Notes: a model not told the origin generated them from the letters alone. A stretch of 27,821 bases of DNA from Candidatus Poribacteria bacterium (GCA_046582655.1 JAYGDX010000233.1:1-27821), one strand, 5' to 3'; counted from the stretch's first letter, positions 1 through 9,742 are shown. Made by a program: numbers and translations.

Positions 1-306
1 TGGGAATCCAGAAGATGCGGGCAGGCAACTTGATTAGACGAACCATAGGCATAGCCAGGGCCAAAGCTAAGATTGGTTGGCGAAACCTTGCCTACAACAT
101 AGACCGATACTGCCTGCTGGCCCAGCCTTAGTTGCCAGCGGCGCGGCATCAAGGCTGCAAAGTCAGCCAGTGCCGCCATCAAGCGGTACTGATTGCTGTC
201 GGATTGAGACAAATAATCGTAATTTCGCGATAGTAAATTCAATTTTTACTCAAAATAATGTTAACTTAAAATTTGAGCCTCTAAAATGCGATTTTTAGAG
301 GTGGCC
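1..306 (+). mobile_element. Right end of an IS5-family insertion sequence (truncated by the window edge)
   Basis: Transposase C-terminus at 3-131, then a non-coding tail ending in TTTTTAGAGGTGGCC (292-306), which resembles IS5-type terminal inverted repeats. The left end is outside the window, so the IR pair and target duplication cannot be confirmed. Confidence 0.75.
3..131 (+). CDS. IS5-family transposase, C-terminal fragment (5' partial)
   Basis: Frame 3 reads GIQKMRAGNLIRRTIGIARAKAKIGWRNLAYNIDRYCLLAQP*, matching the IS5 C-terminal pattern RTIGxARAxxKIGxxNLAYN. Not in the supplied ORF track. Confidence 0.85.
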   Translation, partial: GIQKMRAGNLIRRTIGIARAKAKIGWRNLAYNIDRYCLLAQP

Positions 307-428
307 ATAATAATTCACAGAATCGTCAGCGAATTTAAGATTCCGCCGTCGGATTAAGTTCCGAGCATCCTACTGACATATCGCCCTTTAGCCACCTAAA
401 TCTTCTATAATAAACCTTATATTTCGAA

Positions 429-1469
429 CTACCATCGTCCGAGATATAAGGAACGGTTACCCATCGGTATATAAACACGAGCTCCCTTCTGACGTTGGGA
501 ATCAACGATACCCAGAGTTATCTCTGTACTGATACGTGCCAGACGAATGTTCCCTTCGGTTTCTCGATCTATATCAATGGCTTCGACAATATCCGCAATG
601 CAGCCGACGGTGCCGCTTTTATGTTCATAATCCGGAAAATCGGTATCTAAGATCTCATTAAACTGTCCATGTCTCTTGCGCAATTGGAACCCAAGACCAT
701 TGTTTAGCGAACGTACAATACCATCGCTGCAATCGACCTCAAATTCATAGGCACTTCCTGGAATACTAATGCCCCGAGTTCCGTTCCGGAACTGAATATA
801 TCCCATCACGATAGGGGGATCAGATTCAGTCCGGTTATCTTCGAAATCGTTATCATCAACATCAACATCTCCTTGGACATAGTCCACATCGGAATCACCG
901 GCTAAAAAGAGAAGCATATCTGCCGCATGTGTATAGCCCCAAAGCGCTGAACCACCTGAATAAGCAATTACTGAACGACGATCGCCAATTTCACCACTCT
1001 CAATAATTTCCCGCATCTTCAGATACCCCGGTGAGAATCGGCGTTGGGTTCCCAAATTGAATTTCACATTATGCCGGACACATACATCATACATGGTATC
1101 GGCTTCCTCCATAGAGGCACAAAGAGGCTTATCACAATAAATTCCCTTGACACCATGTTCAGCCGCAAAACCGGTGATTTCAGCATGGTTCCCTGGACGG
1201 GTAGCGATGCTGATAATCTCCGGTTTTTCTTTTTCTATCATTTCTCGATAATCAAGATAGTATTTTGGGATGTTCCACTTGGAGCAGACATATTGGGCTT
1301 TCTCTTCAAAAACATCCGCTGCTGCAACTACGGTTGTCTGCGGGTAAGCCGTATAACCAGCAGCATGGGAATACGGTAAGGATCTATGTTTGCTCCCCTT
1401 TACCTCTTCATCTATAGTTCCTCCCATCCTGCCACATCCAACAATACAGACCCGATATTGATCCGACAT
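429..1469 (-). CDS. Gfo/Idh/MocA family NAD(P)-dependent oxidoreductase
   Basis: N-terminal Rossmann motif IVGCGRMG, IATRPGNH, CDKP (EKP-like) and GTQRRF; 346 aa; GGAGG Shine-Dalgarno upstream. Confidence 0.9.
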   Translation of the reverse strand: MSDQYRVCIVGCGRMGGTIDEEVKGSKHRSLPYSHAAGYTAYPQTTVVAAADVFEEKAQYVCSKWNIPKYYLDYREMIEKEKPEIISIATRPGNHAEITGFAAEHGVKGIYCDKPLCASMEEADTMYDVCVRHNVKFNLGTQRRFSPGYLKMREIIESGEIGDRRSVIAYSGGSALWGYTHAADMLLFLAGDSDVDYVQGDVDVDDNDFEDNRTESDPPIVMGYIQFRNGTRGISIPGSAYEFEVDCSDGIVRSLNNGLGFQLRKRHGQFNEILDTDFPDYEHKSGTVGCIADIVEAIDIDRETEGNIRLARISTEITLGIVDSQRQKGARVYIPMGNRSLYLGRW

Positions 1470-1526
1470 AGTTCTTCCTCCATCTGTTTACATGAACTTC
1501 AAAAGCTAATCTCAGGAATATTTCTA

Positions 1527-1943
1527 TTAATGAGGTAGCTTCTCTCTTAAAATACCGTAACAAAATGCACCGACAACTGCCATGAACAACGGAACCATCA
1601 CAACCCGAACACCATTACCAATTAATGCATACAATGGCCCCGGACAAGCACCTGTAAAAGCCCAGCCGATACCGAAAATGAACCCGCCAATAATATATTG
1701 AAAAAACATGCTTTTGTCCTTACTTTCGATGATGATGTCCTGTCCGTCAATATCCTTCAATTGGTACCTTTTGATGCATTGAATTGATAGAACCCCCGTC
1801 ATGACAGCAAGACCGATAATACCATACATATGAAACGACTGAAACCGAAACATTTCCTGAATCCTAAACCAAGATATGACCTCCGAACGTGTTAGAACAA
1901 CACCAAACAGTATTCCCGCAAAAAATAAACGTACATCTTTCAT
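1527..1943 (-). CDS. YeeE/YedE family sulfur-compound transporter, second subunit (PmpB/DUF6691-like)
   Basis: About 4 hydrophobic segments, SWFRIQEMFRFQSFHMYG, and GGFIFGIGWAFTGACPGP with the conserved Cys. Confidence 0.88.
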   Translation of the reverse strand: MKDVRLFFAGILFGVVLTRSEVISWFRIQEMFRFQSFHMYGIIGLAVMTGVLSIQCIKRYQLKDIDGQDIIIESKDKSMFFQYIIGGFIFGIGWAFTGACPGPLYALIGNGVRVVMVPLFMAVVGAFCYGILREKLPH

Positions 1944-1955
1944 CTTATCCTCCGA

Positions 1956-2516
1956 TTAGTTTAAGACTAGAGGTAACAGCACGTGAGTAGCGACTAGTCC
2001 TCCAGAAAAAAAACCGATGACAGCTATAAGTGAGGACAACTGCAAATTTGATAACCCGCTAATGGCGTGACCAGAGGTACATCCATCAGCATAACGGGTA
2101 CCAAACCCAATCAGAAAACCGCCAACAGCCAGTTGAATGAAGCCTGGAATCGTTCGTAAATAATTCCAGTTAAAAATTTGCTGTGGTACGAGTCCGTCGA
2201 ATTGCGTGATTCCGATAGCAGTCAGACTCTGTTTGGTCTTTTCCGAGATATCAATTACATCTGCATCAGTAAATATATAACTGGCAATCCAACCACCGAC
2301 GACGATTCCGATCGCGAAATATAGATTCCATGCGCCCTCCCTCTTCCAATTGTAGCCAAAATATTTAATTTTGGTCAGTGGAAATACGGCGCATATATGC
2401 CTTAAACTGGCAGAGACCCCAAAAGCTTTTCCTCTCAAAATAAAAAGGCATGGAACAAATAACCCAATTGCAATTCCAGAGATATACCATGGCCAATTGT
2501 TGTTCAAAAAACTCAT
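1956..2516 (-). CDS. YeeE/YedE family sulfur-compound (thiosulfate-type) transporter, first subunit (PmpA-like)
   Basis: WPWYISG, FGVSASLRHIC and GGFLIGFGTRYADGCTSGHAISG motifs; paired with the adjacent YeeE/YedE gene. Confidence 0.9.
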   Translation of the reverse strand: MSFLNNNWPWYISGIAIGLFVPCLFILRGKAFGVSASLRHICAVFPLTKIKYFGYNWKREGAWNLYFAIGIVVGGWIASYIFTDADVIDISEKTKQSLTAIGITQFDGLVPQQIFNWNYLRTIPGFIQLAVGGFLIGFGTRYADGCTSGHAISGLSNLQLSSLIAVIGFFSGGLVATHVLLPLVLN

Positions 2517-2593
2517 CTGGATTTCTCCATATAAATTAGTCTTTAAATTAATAATAATATCAGTTTCACCAAAAAAGATCTATTCTTCCAAAC

Positions 2594-2622
2594 TTGACGC
2601 ATCTGCAGGAAAGTGATACCTT
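2594..2622 (+). promoter_or_regulatory. Candidate sigma70 promoter for the creatininase-family gene
   Basis: TTGACG (2594-2599), 17-nt spacer, TACCTT (2617-2622) preceded by TGn. Confidence 0.4.
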
Positions 2623-2657
2623 GCATCAATATAATTTAACGATACTAGGACAAAACA

Positions 2658-3460
2658 ATGACCCGTGAAGTGAGATATGAGAGGTTACGCCCAACTCAAA
2701 TTCGGCAAGCCAGAAAAGATTTCCCAGCACTTTATCTGCCGACTGGAACTATAGAATGGCATGGACTCTATAACCCTGTTGGTTTAGATACTTTGAAAGC
2801 TCACGCATTGGCAGTCCGTTGTGCTGAAGTTGGTGGTGGTCTGGTTTTTCCACCTCTATGGTTTGGTGAAACCGTGAGGAGGCCTTGACTGATGCCAATC
2901 CAGGAAACCGAAAAAATATTTGTCATGTTATAGGAATCTCTGAGGAAAACCTAGCGGAAGGTTATATGCGCCGCAGTCCACATCAGCAGAACATAGCATA
3001 CATCGAACTACTGGTGCACATGCTAAATCAAGGGCAATCACTTGGATTCACAGTATTAGCGATTGTTGCTGGTCATTATCCGCTGATTGACCACGCAAGA
3101 GCAGCAGCATCGCTTTTCCAACAGCAAAGATGGAATGGCGCCCGAAATGCTGCTGTCCCATGGGTATTCACCGGTTATGAATTGGTAAAGGATCAGTTTC
3201 CAGAGGCAGGTGATCACGCAGCTTGGTGGGAGACTAGTCTGCTGATGGCGTTGGAGGACAAAAACCTTGTCGATCTTTCCACCTTACCAGTAGATCAGGA
3301 TACTCCCCTACTTGGTGTTGGAGGTGCCCGCCCTCCGCATCAGGCTACGCGTGAGGTCGGTGAACAAGCGGTTCAATTGATCGTTGAACGTGTAACGGGA
3401 GAGGTGCGAGATCGAGTAGACAATCCCCGCAAGTATCGCGGACACGGCGTCAAATTCTAA
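2658..3460 (+). pseudogene. Creatininase/creatinine amidohydrolase family gene split by a 1-nt frameshift
   Basis: ORF 2658-2888 has GTIEWHG..NPVGLD; ORF 2885-3460 has AGHY and GDHAAWWETS. Adding one A to the AAA at 2869-2871 joins them as ...WFGE-NREEALTDAN. A usually conserved His reads Tyr (HGLYNP). An assembly error is not excluded. Confidence 0.8.
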
Positions 3461-3598
3461 CCTCATGGTCAGGGTATTCTGTTTTTTCCCCTTCCATATA
3501 CGAAGGTTCCAAAGGAAGATTCCATTTTAATAAACCCAGTCATATCAAAGGTTTTAAACCTGTCTCCTGATACGAATTACCATCCATTTGTCCCTTTT

Positions 3599-3617
3599 GG
3601 ACACATTGGAGGACACA
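3599..3617 (+). repeat. Tandem GGACACA direct repeats, possible integrase arm-type binding sites
   Basis: GGACACA at 3599-3605 and 3611-3617, with an inverted TGTCC at 3589-3593, just upstream of the integrase ATG. Confidence 0.45.
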
Positions 3618-3626
3618 CTTCGTATC

Positions 3627-4310
3627 ATGAAAAACTCTTATCTGGTTCACCATAAAACTGGTAGTTTCCACCTTTTCCGTTCTATAGTTCCCCTTGATCT
3701 TCAACCACTGTTTGGAACGAGACAATTCCAATTGTTTCTGGGTTGTGGTATCTTGGGGCAATCCAAGATACTATCATTTCACCTCAATACCATAACACAA
3801 TTCATATATAATTCAATCAGGGAAAATCCCAACATGAAGAAACCGACCACTGATGACATCAAGGAAATCCTCAAGGTAGAATTGGAAAAGTCCAAACGAC
3901 ATGTACAACACTATTATCTTGGACCCAACCGATTGAGTGAAACTGAAAGGTTGAAGAGCATCCTCAAAGATGAGGAACAGGAAGGACAATTCCGACAGGA
4001 CTTGAAACAGGATTACCAGAACACCCTGAAAGAGTTCAATCCCAAAGTATAAAGAGGTCTTGGAGGAAAACGGTTTCGATCAAGTACCAGTTGACTCATT
4101 GGAGTTCAAACAGTTAAGAGAAGAACTGATCCTGTTGAGATTGAAACTCAGGTTGAACTCTAATCCCCGTCTTCTTCCTCGGAGCTGACGATTCAATCTT
4201 TGGAAGGAAGTATTTCTCTGTCTGAATTGTGTGGCCATTTTGTAGAAGTTAAAACGGAACAGGGTTTGACGCAGATGGTGATAAACGAATACATGAACCT
4301 ATCCCACTAA
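3627..4310 (+). pseudogene. Tyrosine recombinase/integrase N-terminal remnant (DUF6538-like domain plus start of the core-binding domain); catalytic domain absent
   Basis: Three consecutive frames: 3627-4052 (YLVHHKTGSFHLFRSIVPLDLQPLFGTRQFQLFL, DUF6538-like), 4051-4188 (DSLEFKQLREELI) and 4194-4310 (ISLSELCGHFVEVK..GLT...INEY, SAM-like helix start). The family is assigned by pattern recognition. Confidence 0.65.
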
Positions 4311-4655
4311 CCTCTATATCCACATAAAAGTAGTGGCAAGAGACAAGAATGCATCAAAACAATGGGCTAATCTCTCCCGCCGAACAGTCAAGCGGCGAAA
4401 CTTTCTCTTAAGCAAGCAAAGGTTCGTTCTACAACTGTTGTTGGGTTTCGGGATTATAGCTGAAGAAGAAGTAATATTATTATCTTTTATTTTGCCTTTT
4501 TATAAGTTGCTGACCAATCCGAAATACGGTTTACTTACTAAATTACTAGGTAGGAATTATGCAGCTAAAAAATTCCATGTCAGGCGACTCGAAACCGAAT
4601 AATTGACCTAACCAGCACTATTATCCAAACGGATCCCACATTTTTGCCGACAGGC

Positions 4656-5954
4656 TTACAAATTCCAGTACTCAAAACTTTTCTCGTCTTCAAGTACCAT
4701 CATATCGAAGAAAGTTTCAATGTCGGTTCGACAGGAATCAAGTTTAGTAACAACTTTTTTGAGAAAAATCCTTTGTCCTTCAGTAGTAGGGCCCATGTTT
4801 AGTACTTCTTCATTGTAATCTTTAATTTCTGTTTCAGTTTTTATGCTCTTTGTATTTAGCCAATCCAGAACACCTGTATCTGTTGGGTGTGACTTCATCG
4901 CATCGGCAAATTTCTGGGCCGAGATCCCAAGAAATGCAAGTAATTTTCGATCGATACCTGAATCTTCTCCATACCAATATTCCCCTAGTGAATTACCATT
5001 TACTGCTCTGGCTTTGTCAATCAATCTTGCCAAATGGATGATTCCACCGACGCTGGCATCGTATGGCCTTCTTGGTGCGCGACGGGCAAGATCAACGATA
5101 CCAAAACTTTTCTGATCATCGTAATCCATCAGATCAAGCCAATTCTCAATGTCGGTTTGCCCGGGTGTGATCATCTCCCGTCGCTTGGCAAAGTTATCTC
5201 TATGCTTTTCTGTTTTTAACCCAAACTGTCGCGCATTCTGGTTGAAAACTTCAATTTCGGCTGGATCTTTTTCTACATTTGATAGAATCCAATCGCTGAG
5301 TTCCAGATCGTTTGGATTGCCTACTGCTCCTTGTTGGAAAGCCCCATCTGAGAGATTTAAAAAATCGAGAAGATAGTGATCCAATCCAGAATCCTGACCG
5401 TACTTATATTCACCAATTTTATCTGCGCAAGCCGCCCGTGCTTTTTCAGCCATTCGTGCAATACCGAAGATCCCCGCAACGTCTCTGCTGTACGGACTAC
5501 GCGGCGGTCGCTTCGTAAGATCTAACTGCCAGAAGTTTCCCCAATCATCCAATTCTACCGATTGAAGAACTGTTTTTATATCGGTCCTGTCCGGTGCGTA
5601 CTTGGCTAGTCGGTCTTTCAAACGTTGACGATACTCCTCAGTTTGCGGCTCAATACTTAATTCTTGTTGATTAAATCTTTCAATTTCAGAAGTTGTTCTG
5701 GCTGATTGCTCAATAACCCAAGTATCCAAGGCCTGGTCATCATATTCTTCTACAGCTTCCGCGAACTGTTCATCTGAGATACTGAGGAAATCCAATATTT
5801 TACGATCTAAACCAGAGTCACCTCCATAGAGATATTCACCGAGTGTCTCATTGTTGTATGCTCTTGCTTTGTCAGTCATCCTTGATAAGCCAACAATACC
5901 TGCTATGCTAAGGTTTGACGGGCGCCTTGGTGGTTGTTTTGTTAAATCCATCAT
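4656..5954 (-). CDS. Protein with three tandem DUF5069 domains
   Basis: DLxxxxPRxP...GIxxxxRxxxKARA.....GEYxYGxDSGxDxxxLxFL occurs three times, starting at aa 3, 145 and 288. Confidence 0.85.
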   Translation of the reverse strand: MMDLTKQPPRRPSNLSIAGIVGLSRMTDKARAYNNETLGEYLYGGDSGLDRKILDFLSISDEQFAEAVEEYDDQALDTWVIEQSARTTSEIERFNQQELSIEPQTEEYRQRLKDRLAKYAPDRTDIKTVLQSVELDDWGNFWQLDLTKRPPRSPYSRDVAGIFGIARMAEKARAACADKIGEYKYGQDSGLDHYLLDFLNLSDGAFQQGAVGNPNDLELSDWILSNVEKDPAEIEVFNQNARQFGLKTEKHRDNFAKRREMITPGQTDIENWLDLMDYDDQKSFGIVDLARRAPRRPYDASVGGIIHLARLIDKARAVNGNSLGEYWYGEDSGIDRKLLAFLGISAQKFADAMKSHPTDTGVLDWLNTKSIKTETEIKDYNEEVLNMGPTTEGQRIFLKKVVTKLDSCRTDIETFFDMMVLEDEKSFEYWNL

Positions 5955-6031
5955 TGTATCCTTTTTTTAATTATTTATTGCTTCGATTTTCAGGATGATT
6001 ATATCATTGATAAATTACTTTTTGTAGGATT

Positions 6032-7744
6032 CTAAGGTTGTGGATAATTAAGATGAAACCCTGTTATGTCTTGATATGCTTTGGCAGCAGTCATTAATTT
6101 GGCCTCACCATAAAGCTGGCCAATAAAACTAATACTTGTTGGGACGACATCTGAGCTATTTGTTTGCTCAAATCCATTGGGTAGAACAACACAAGGATGG
6201 CCAGTCAGATTGGTTAAAAGCAAACTATCAAAAGAGGGAGCTACATATAGATCAATGTCCGACATCAGTTCTGCCATTTTATCCATAACTTGCCAACGTA
6301 ACCTGTTGGCTTGGACATACTCAACGGCAGGGATCATACGTGCTCGCCGAAAAATGTTGGGCCACGCATCCTTTGTTTGTCGAGTCAGTAGATCATCTTG
6401 ATTAGAACGAGTGAGTTCATCAAAAGCGGCTGCGGCTTCAACTGACAAAATGAACTCCATCGTCTCAACTAGATAATCTGGCAGCTGAATCGACGTGAGA
6501 TTCAATCCCATCTCACGTAATTTTTTAAGTGCGGCTTGATCATTTGGATGCGCTTTGGCAAATGAACTCTCGACATATCCAATTTTTAGACTGTGGATAT
6601 CAGAATCTGGATCCCAGTTAAACGGTAGATCTTTGACTGTACCATCCCTGTTGTCTGATCCGTGTATCATGTCAAAAACGAGAGCGCAATCTTCCACGCT
6701 CCGACAAATTGGGCCAATTTTATCCATGCTTCAACTTAAGGACATTGCTCCGTATCGACTGACCCGTCCAAACGTAGGACGTAAGCCGGTAACACCACAA
6801 ACGGTTGCAGGGGAAACGATAGATCCTAATGTTTCCGTGCCTATTGAGAAACCGACTAAACCGCATGCAACTGCGGCTGACGATCCGCTTGAACCACCAT
6901 TTAAATTCCAAGGGTTTTTGGTTTGTCCTCCATACCAAACATCACCAGATGCAAGCGCTCCCAGGGTCAATTTAGCAACCAACACAGTACCAGCTTCCTC
7001 TAATCTTTCGATAACTGTTGCGTTCTTATCAATGACTTGATTTTGATATGGTTTTGCTCCCCAAGTCGTTTGATAGCCGCGCATAGCAAACAGGTCTTTT
7101 ACACCCCAGGGGATACCGTGTAACGGACCACGATAATTTCCACTGGCAATTTCCCTGTCCGCCTGTTTGGCTTGCTTTAATGCGAGTTTCTTAGTCAAGG
7201 TGACCACACACTTTAGTTTTTCATCGTATCGTTTTAAACGTGATAGGTACATTCGTGTCAATTTGAGTGAGGTAACCTTTCGTGTTTTAACAAGTTGGCT
7301 TAACTTTGTACTGACCAGAACGCCACTGATTCCAGACTTGTAGGCACTTCACTTGCTTTTAACTGACTTATTTTGAGAGGATGCTGTGTCTCTGGAAAAG
7401 TCATACCGGGCATAATCGGATCAAATCCAAGGGATGATGGCACGTCATTGGCTAAAGGTACGTTTCGGAGCTGTTGATAATTTTTGAGTTGTTGATTTAA
7501 CCCTTCTAACATCATTTCCAGTTCAGTCTCCGTAAACTCCAAGCCAGAGATTTTGGTCGCCTCTGTAAGCGTACCGATAGTTAATTTTTTATCTTCTTGT
7601 AGTTTCCATAACTTTGACCATAGAACGACAGGAAGTAGTATTGATGCCAGACCAATAGAAAAAAAGTATTTCATAAATCTACGCCGCTCTAAGTTTTCAT
7701 TATTTTTACTAGTTGTACCTTATAGATTTCTGTGATTTTTTCAT
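6032..7744 (-). pseudogene. Amidase-signature (GatA-like) amidase with Tat-like signal, multiply disrupted
   Basis: Motifs GPLHGIPWGVKD, GSSGSS, GTETLGSI and GLRPTFGRVSR are present. Lesions: frameshift near 7720, frameshift near 7308, an apparent short in-frame deletion after GSSGSS, and an in-frame TGA (6731-6733) in GAMSLS*SMDKIGP where Trp is expected. RRRFMK lies upstream of the track ORF start; ATG at 7744 has a GGAGG SD. Confidence 0.88.
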
Positions 7745-7749
7745 ACTTG

Positions 7750-9678
7750 TTATCCTCCCCAAAAGACATATGTAGGTCTACCCAATAAAATGCCCAAAAT
7801 ACTCCATGAACTGCCAACGATGAAATCACCTAATATTAAACCCTGAAAAAACGGCACCAGATTCCGGTAAGATTTTACACCACCAAACCGGAGAATTAGC
7901 CATTTAAGCACGGTACTTATCAAAAGTGGAAACCATAATCGACCGATAATCCACCAGCCACTAACAGCATAACCAACTGGATGCAACGGCCACCAAAGAA
8001 ACTTTGATCGGAATAACATCACAATAATCGTAAAAACAAAACCAATTCCCATGAACAGAGGATCTACGTAAGAAACGTCGGCAGGTTGTGTGAAACGCGA
8101 TGCAAGTATGCTGTAACCTTCACGGGCAAACCAAGTTGTACGATAAAGTTTAGATTCCATTCCCAGCTTGTAACCAACATGAAGAATCGACCAGAAGCAG
8201 GAAATTGATCCTAGCACAGCTGCTATTAGGATAGTAATGATAAGCCGATTCGTAGGCATCCCGATGCGATTAGCTAGTTTAAAACCCTCCAGTTGGTGTG
8301 GCATCGGATGGGCCCGATACGATTCACGATTTAGCCAGTAGAATAACGTCATTATAGCTAAGTTTTGAGGGCCTATGCGCCTAACACCTAAAAATGTTGT
8401 TAGGATATAATCAGGACCAGCACCATACATATCATGGGCCGGTGGTCCCAGTTCAGCACGAATTCGGGTGATAATAGTTGAAAGCGCAAAGTAGATAGCA
8501 AAAAAAGAAAAAGCAAACCAGAGTGAAACACCAAATAAGCAACAAAATCCGAGAATAGCACTCATCCCGATGCATATGCCCAAAATAGCATTTCGGTATT
8601 TCATCGGTTCTGTGCTATCATCAACTCCTCGGCCAGTTAGGCTTTTTCTTAGTACTTGGAGTAGATGCTGGCGTCCACCCCAAATAGCAAAAAGCAATAA
8701 CCCGACCCAAACGCCCCGTACCTGTGCCATCGGGTATGGAAATCCAGGTAAACCCAATAGTCCCCATTGACTTCCGACAATGCGTTGCATTTGCCAAAAA
8801 AAATAAAAAAACCAATAGGAAAAGGCCAAGGAAAGCGGCATTAGAAAGCCGAGTCCAATTACAAATGGATAAAGCGTGACGTTCATAGAGAATATTGCGT
8901 TCCATGGCTTAGTGGTTACCAGACGATTGACTGAAGTGATCCAGATTGGAATGTTTGGTACAAATGGATAGAGGTAGGAAATGCCATTCAGTAAGCCTAT
9001 TCCCCCGGACATAGCAAACCCAACCCAGACCATTCGATTTGAAAAAATGCTTCTTTCACCTTCATTTGTCATATTGAAAGGAAGCTCAACAATCGGGTAA
9101 GCAAGCCGCTCGTTTTCAATCCACTGTTTTCGTAAAAGTACATTAATGCACAACATTACCCAGATAAGAATTATGATGAATACTGTCCAGCAAATGGTGG
9201 GAACTAACCAGGCTTGAACGTACTTGGTGAGATAAAAGGTCGTTCCACCTTCGTAGAATGGAGCCAGAATTGCATGGTCTTTTATGACTAGCCAGTTTGG
9301 CAGGTAATGGCCAAAGAGTTCAATCCACTCATTTTCAACGGTGGCATACCAAGTTCCAGTTCCAATGAGCGAGATAAGGCATTGCATCATGTCATATCCA
9401 CTTAAGGCTGTTGACATGCATAGCATGATATAGATGGTCAATAATTCTCCCTGTTGGAGTGCGATTTTTGGGATATATCTTTTCAGGAATTGATTGATGA
9501 GCACAAGAATAGACAGAATAAAAATAACGTTGAATAGGAGGGTGAGAATGGCTGGGAAGTTCATCAACCATACGAGTGTCATCTGTATGTGCCAGAAACA
9601 ATTAATTGGTATCAGCAACACGCCGATTAACACCGCACGGACTGTTACAGCAGATTGTTTGGTCGCGCTTGGTAACAT
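7750..9678 (-). CDS. Polytopic membrane protein, DUF6785/DUF6784-type (putative peptide/solute transporter)
   Basis: 642 aa from ATG 9678, many TM segments, motifs LRKQWIENERLAYPI, TRIRAELGPP, WWPLHPVGY and GLILGDF. The longer track start (9876) overlaps the PhyH gene and is unlikely. Confidence 0.8.
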   Translation of the reverse strand: MLPSATKQSAVTVRAVLIGVLLIPINCFWHIQMTLVWLMNFPAILTLLFNVIFILSILVLINQFLKRYIPKIALQQGELLTIYIMLCMSTALSGYDMMQCLISLIGTGTWYATVENEWIELFGHYLPNWLVIKDHAILAPFYEGGTTFYLTKYVQAWLVPTICWTVFIIILIWVMLCINVLLRKQWIENERLAYPIVELPFNMTNEGERSIFSNRMVWVGFAMSGGIGLLNGISYLYPFVPNIPIWITSVNRLVTTKPWNAIFSMNVTLYPFVIGLGFLMPLSLAFSYWFFYFFWQMQRIVGSQWGLLGLPGFPYPMAQVRGVWVGLLLFAIWGGRQHLLQVLRKSLTGRGVDDSTEPMKYRNAILGICIGMSAILGFCCLFGVSLWFAFSFFAIYFALSTIITRIRAELGPPAHDMYGAGPDYILTTFLGVRRIGPQNLAIMTLFYWLNRESYRAHPMPHQLEGFKLANRIGMPTNRLIITILIAAVLGSISCFWSILHVGYKLGMESKLYRTTWFAREGYSILASRFTQPADVSYVDPLFMGIGFVFTIIVMLFRSKFLWWPLHPVGYAVSGWWIIGRLWFPLLISTVLKWLILRFGGVKSYRNLVPFFQGLILGDFIVGSSWSILGILLGRPTYVFWGG

Positions 9679-9742
9679 ATATGGTTTTGATGAACTTTCA
9701 TGATGAGAGAGAACGGTTTTATGGAATGACTTTGTTTCGGTA

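Larger units (their letters stand above)
3449..4310 (+). mobile_element. Remnant of an integrative element (GpC-depleted foreign DNA)
   Basis: Sharp dinucleotide-composition boundary near the creatininase stop codon, plus tandem GGACACA repeats and an integrase-like remnant. Confidence 0.65.

Noticed and set aside
77..298. 73-aa ORF from the track
   Set aside because: It overlaps the transposase end in another frame and runs through the IS non-coding tail; no recognisable motif.
348..373. REP-like element (minus strand GTAG followed by a TCGGA/TCCGA palindrome)
   Set aside because: Single copy in the window with only a 5-bp stem, and no associated RAYT gene seen.
2860..2890. Programmed ribosomal frameshift joining the creatininase halves
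   Set aside because: No X XXY YYZ slippery heptamer or obvious stimulatory structure, and a probable metal-ligand His is also mutated; simple decay or assembly error is more likely.
4333..4602. 89-aa ORF after the integrase remnant
   Set aside because: GTG start without a clear SD, no recognisable family, and normal GpC content, so it is not part of the GpC-free element.
6731..6733. Stop-codon reassignment (UGA or UAG read as Trp), suggested by stops at conserved Trp sites
   Set aside because: Both TGA and TAG occur at such sites, the same genes also carry frameshifts, intact genes use TGG for Trp, and housekeeping genes such as pyrR and pyrC end in TGA.
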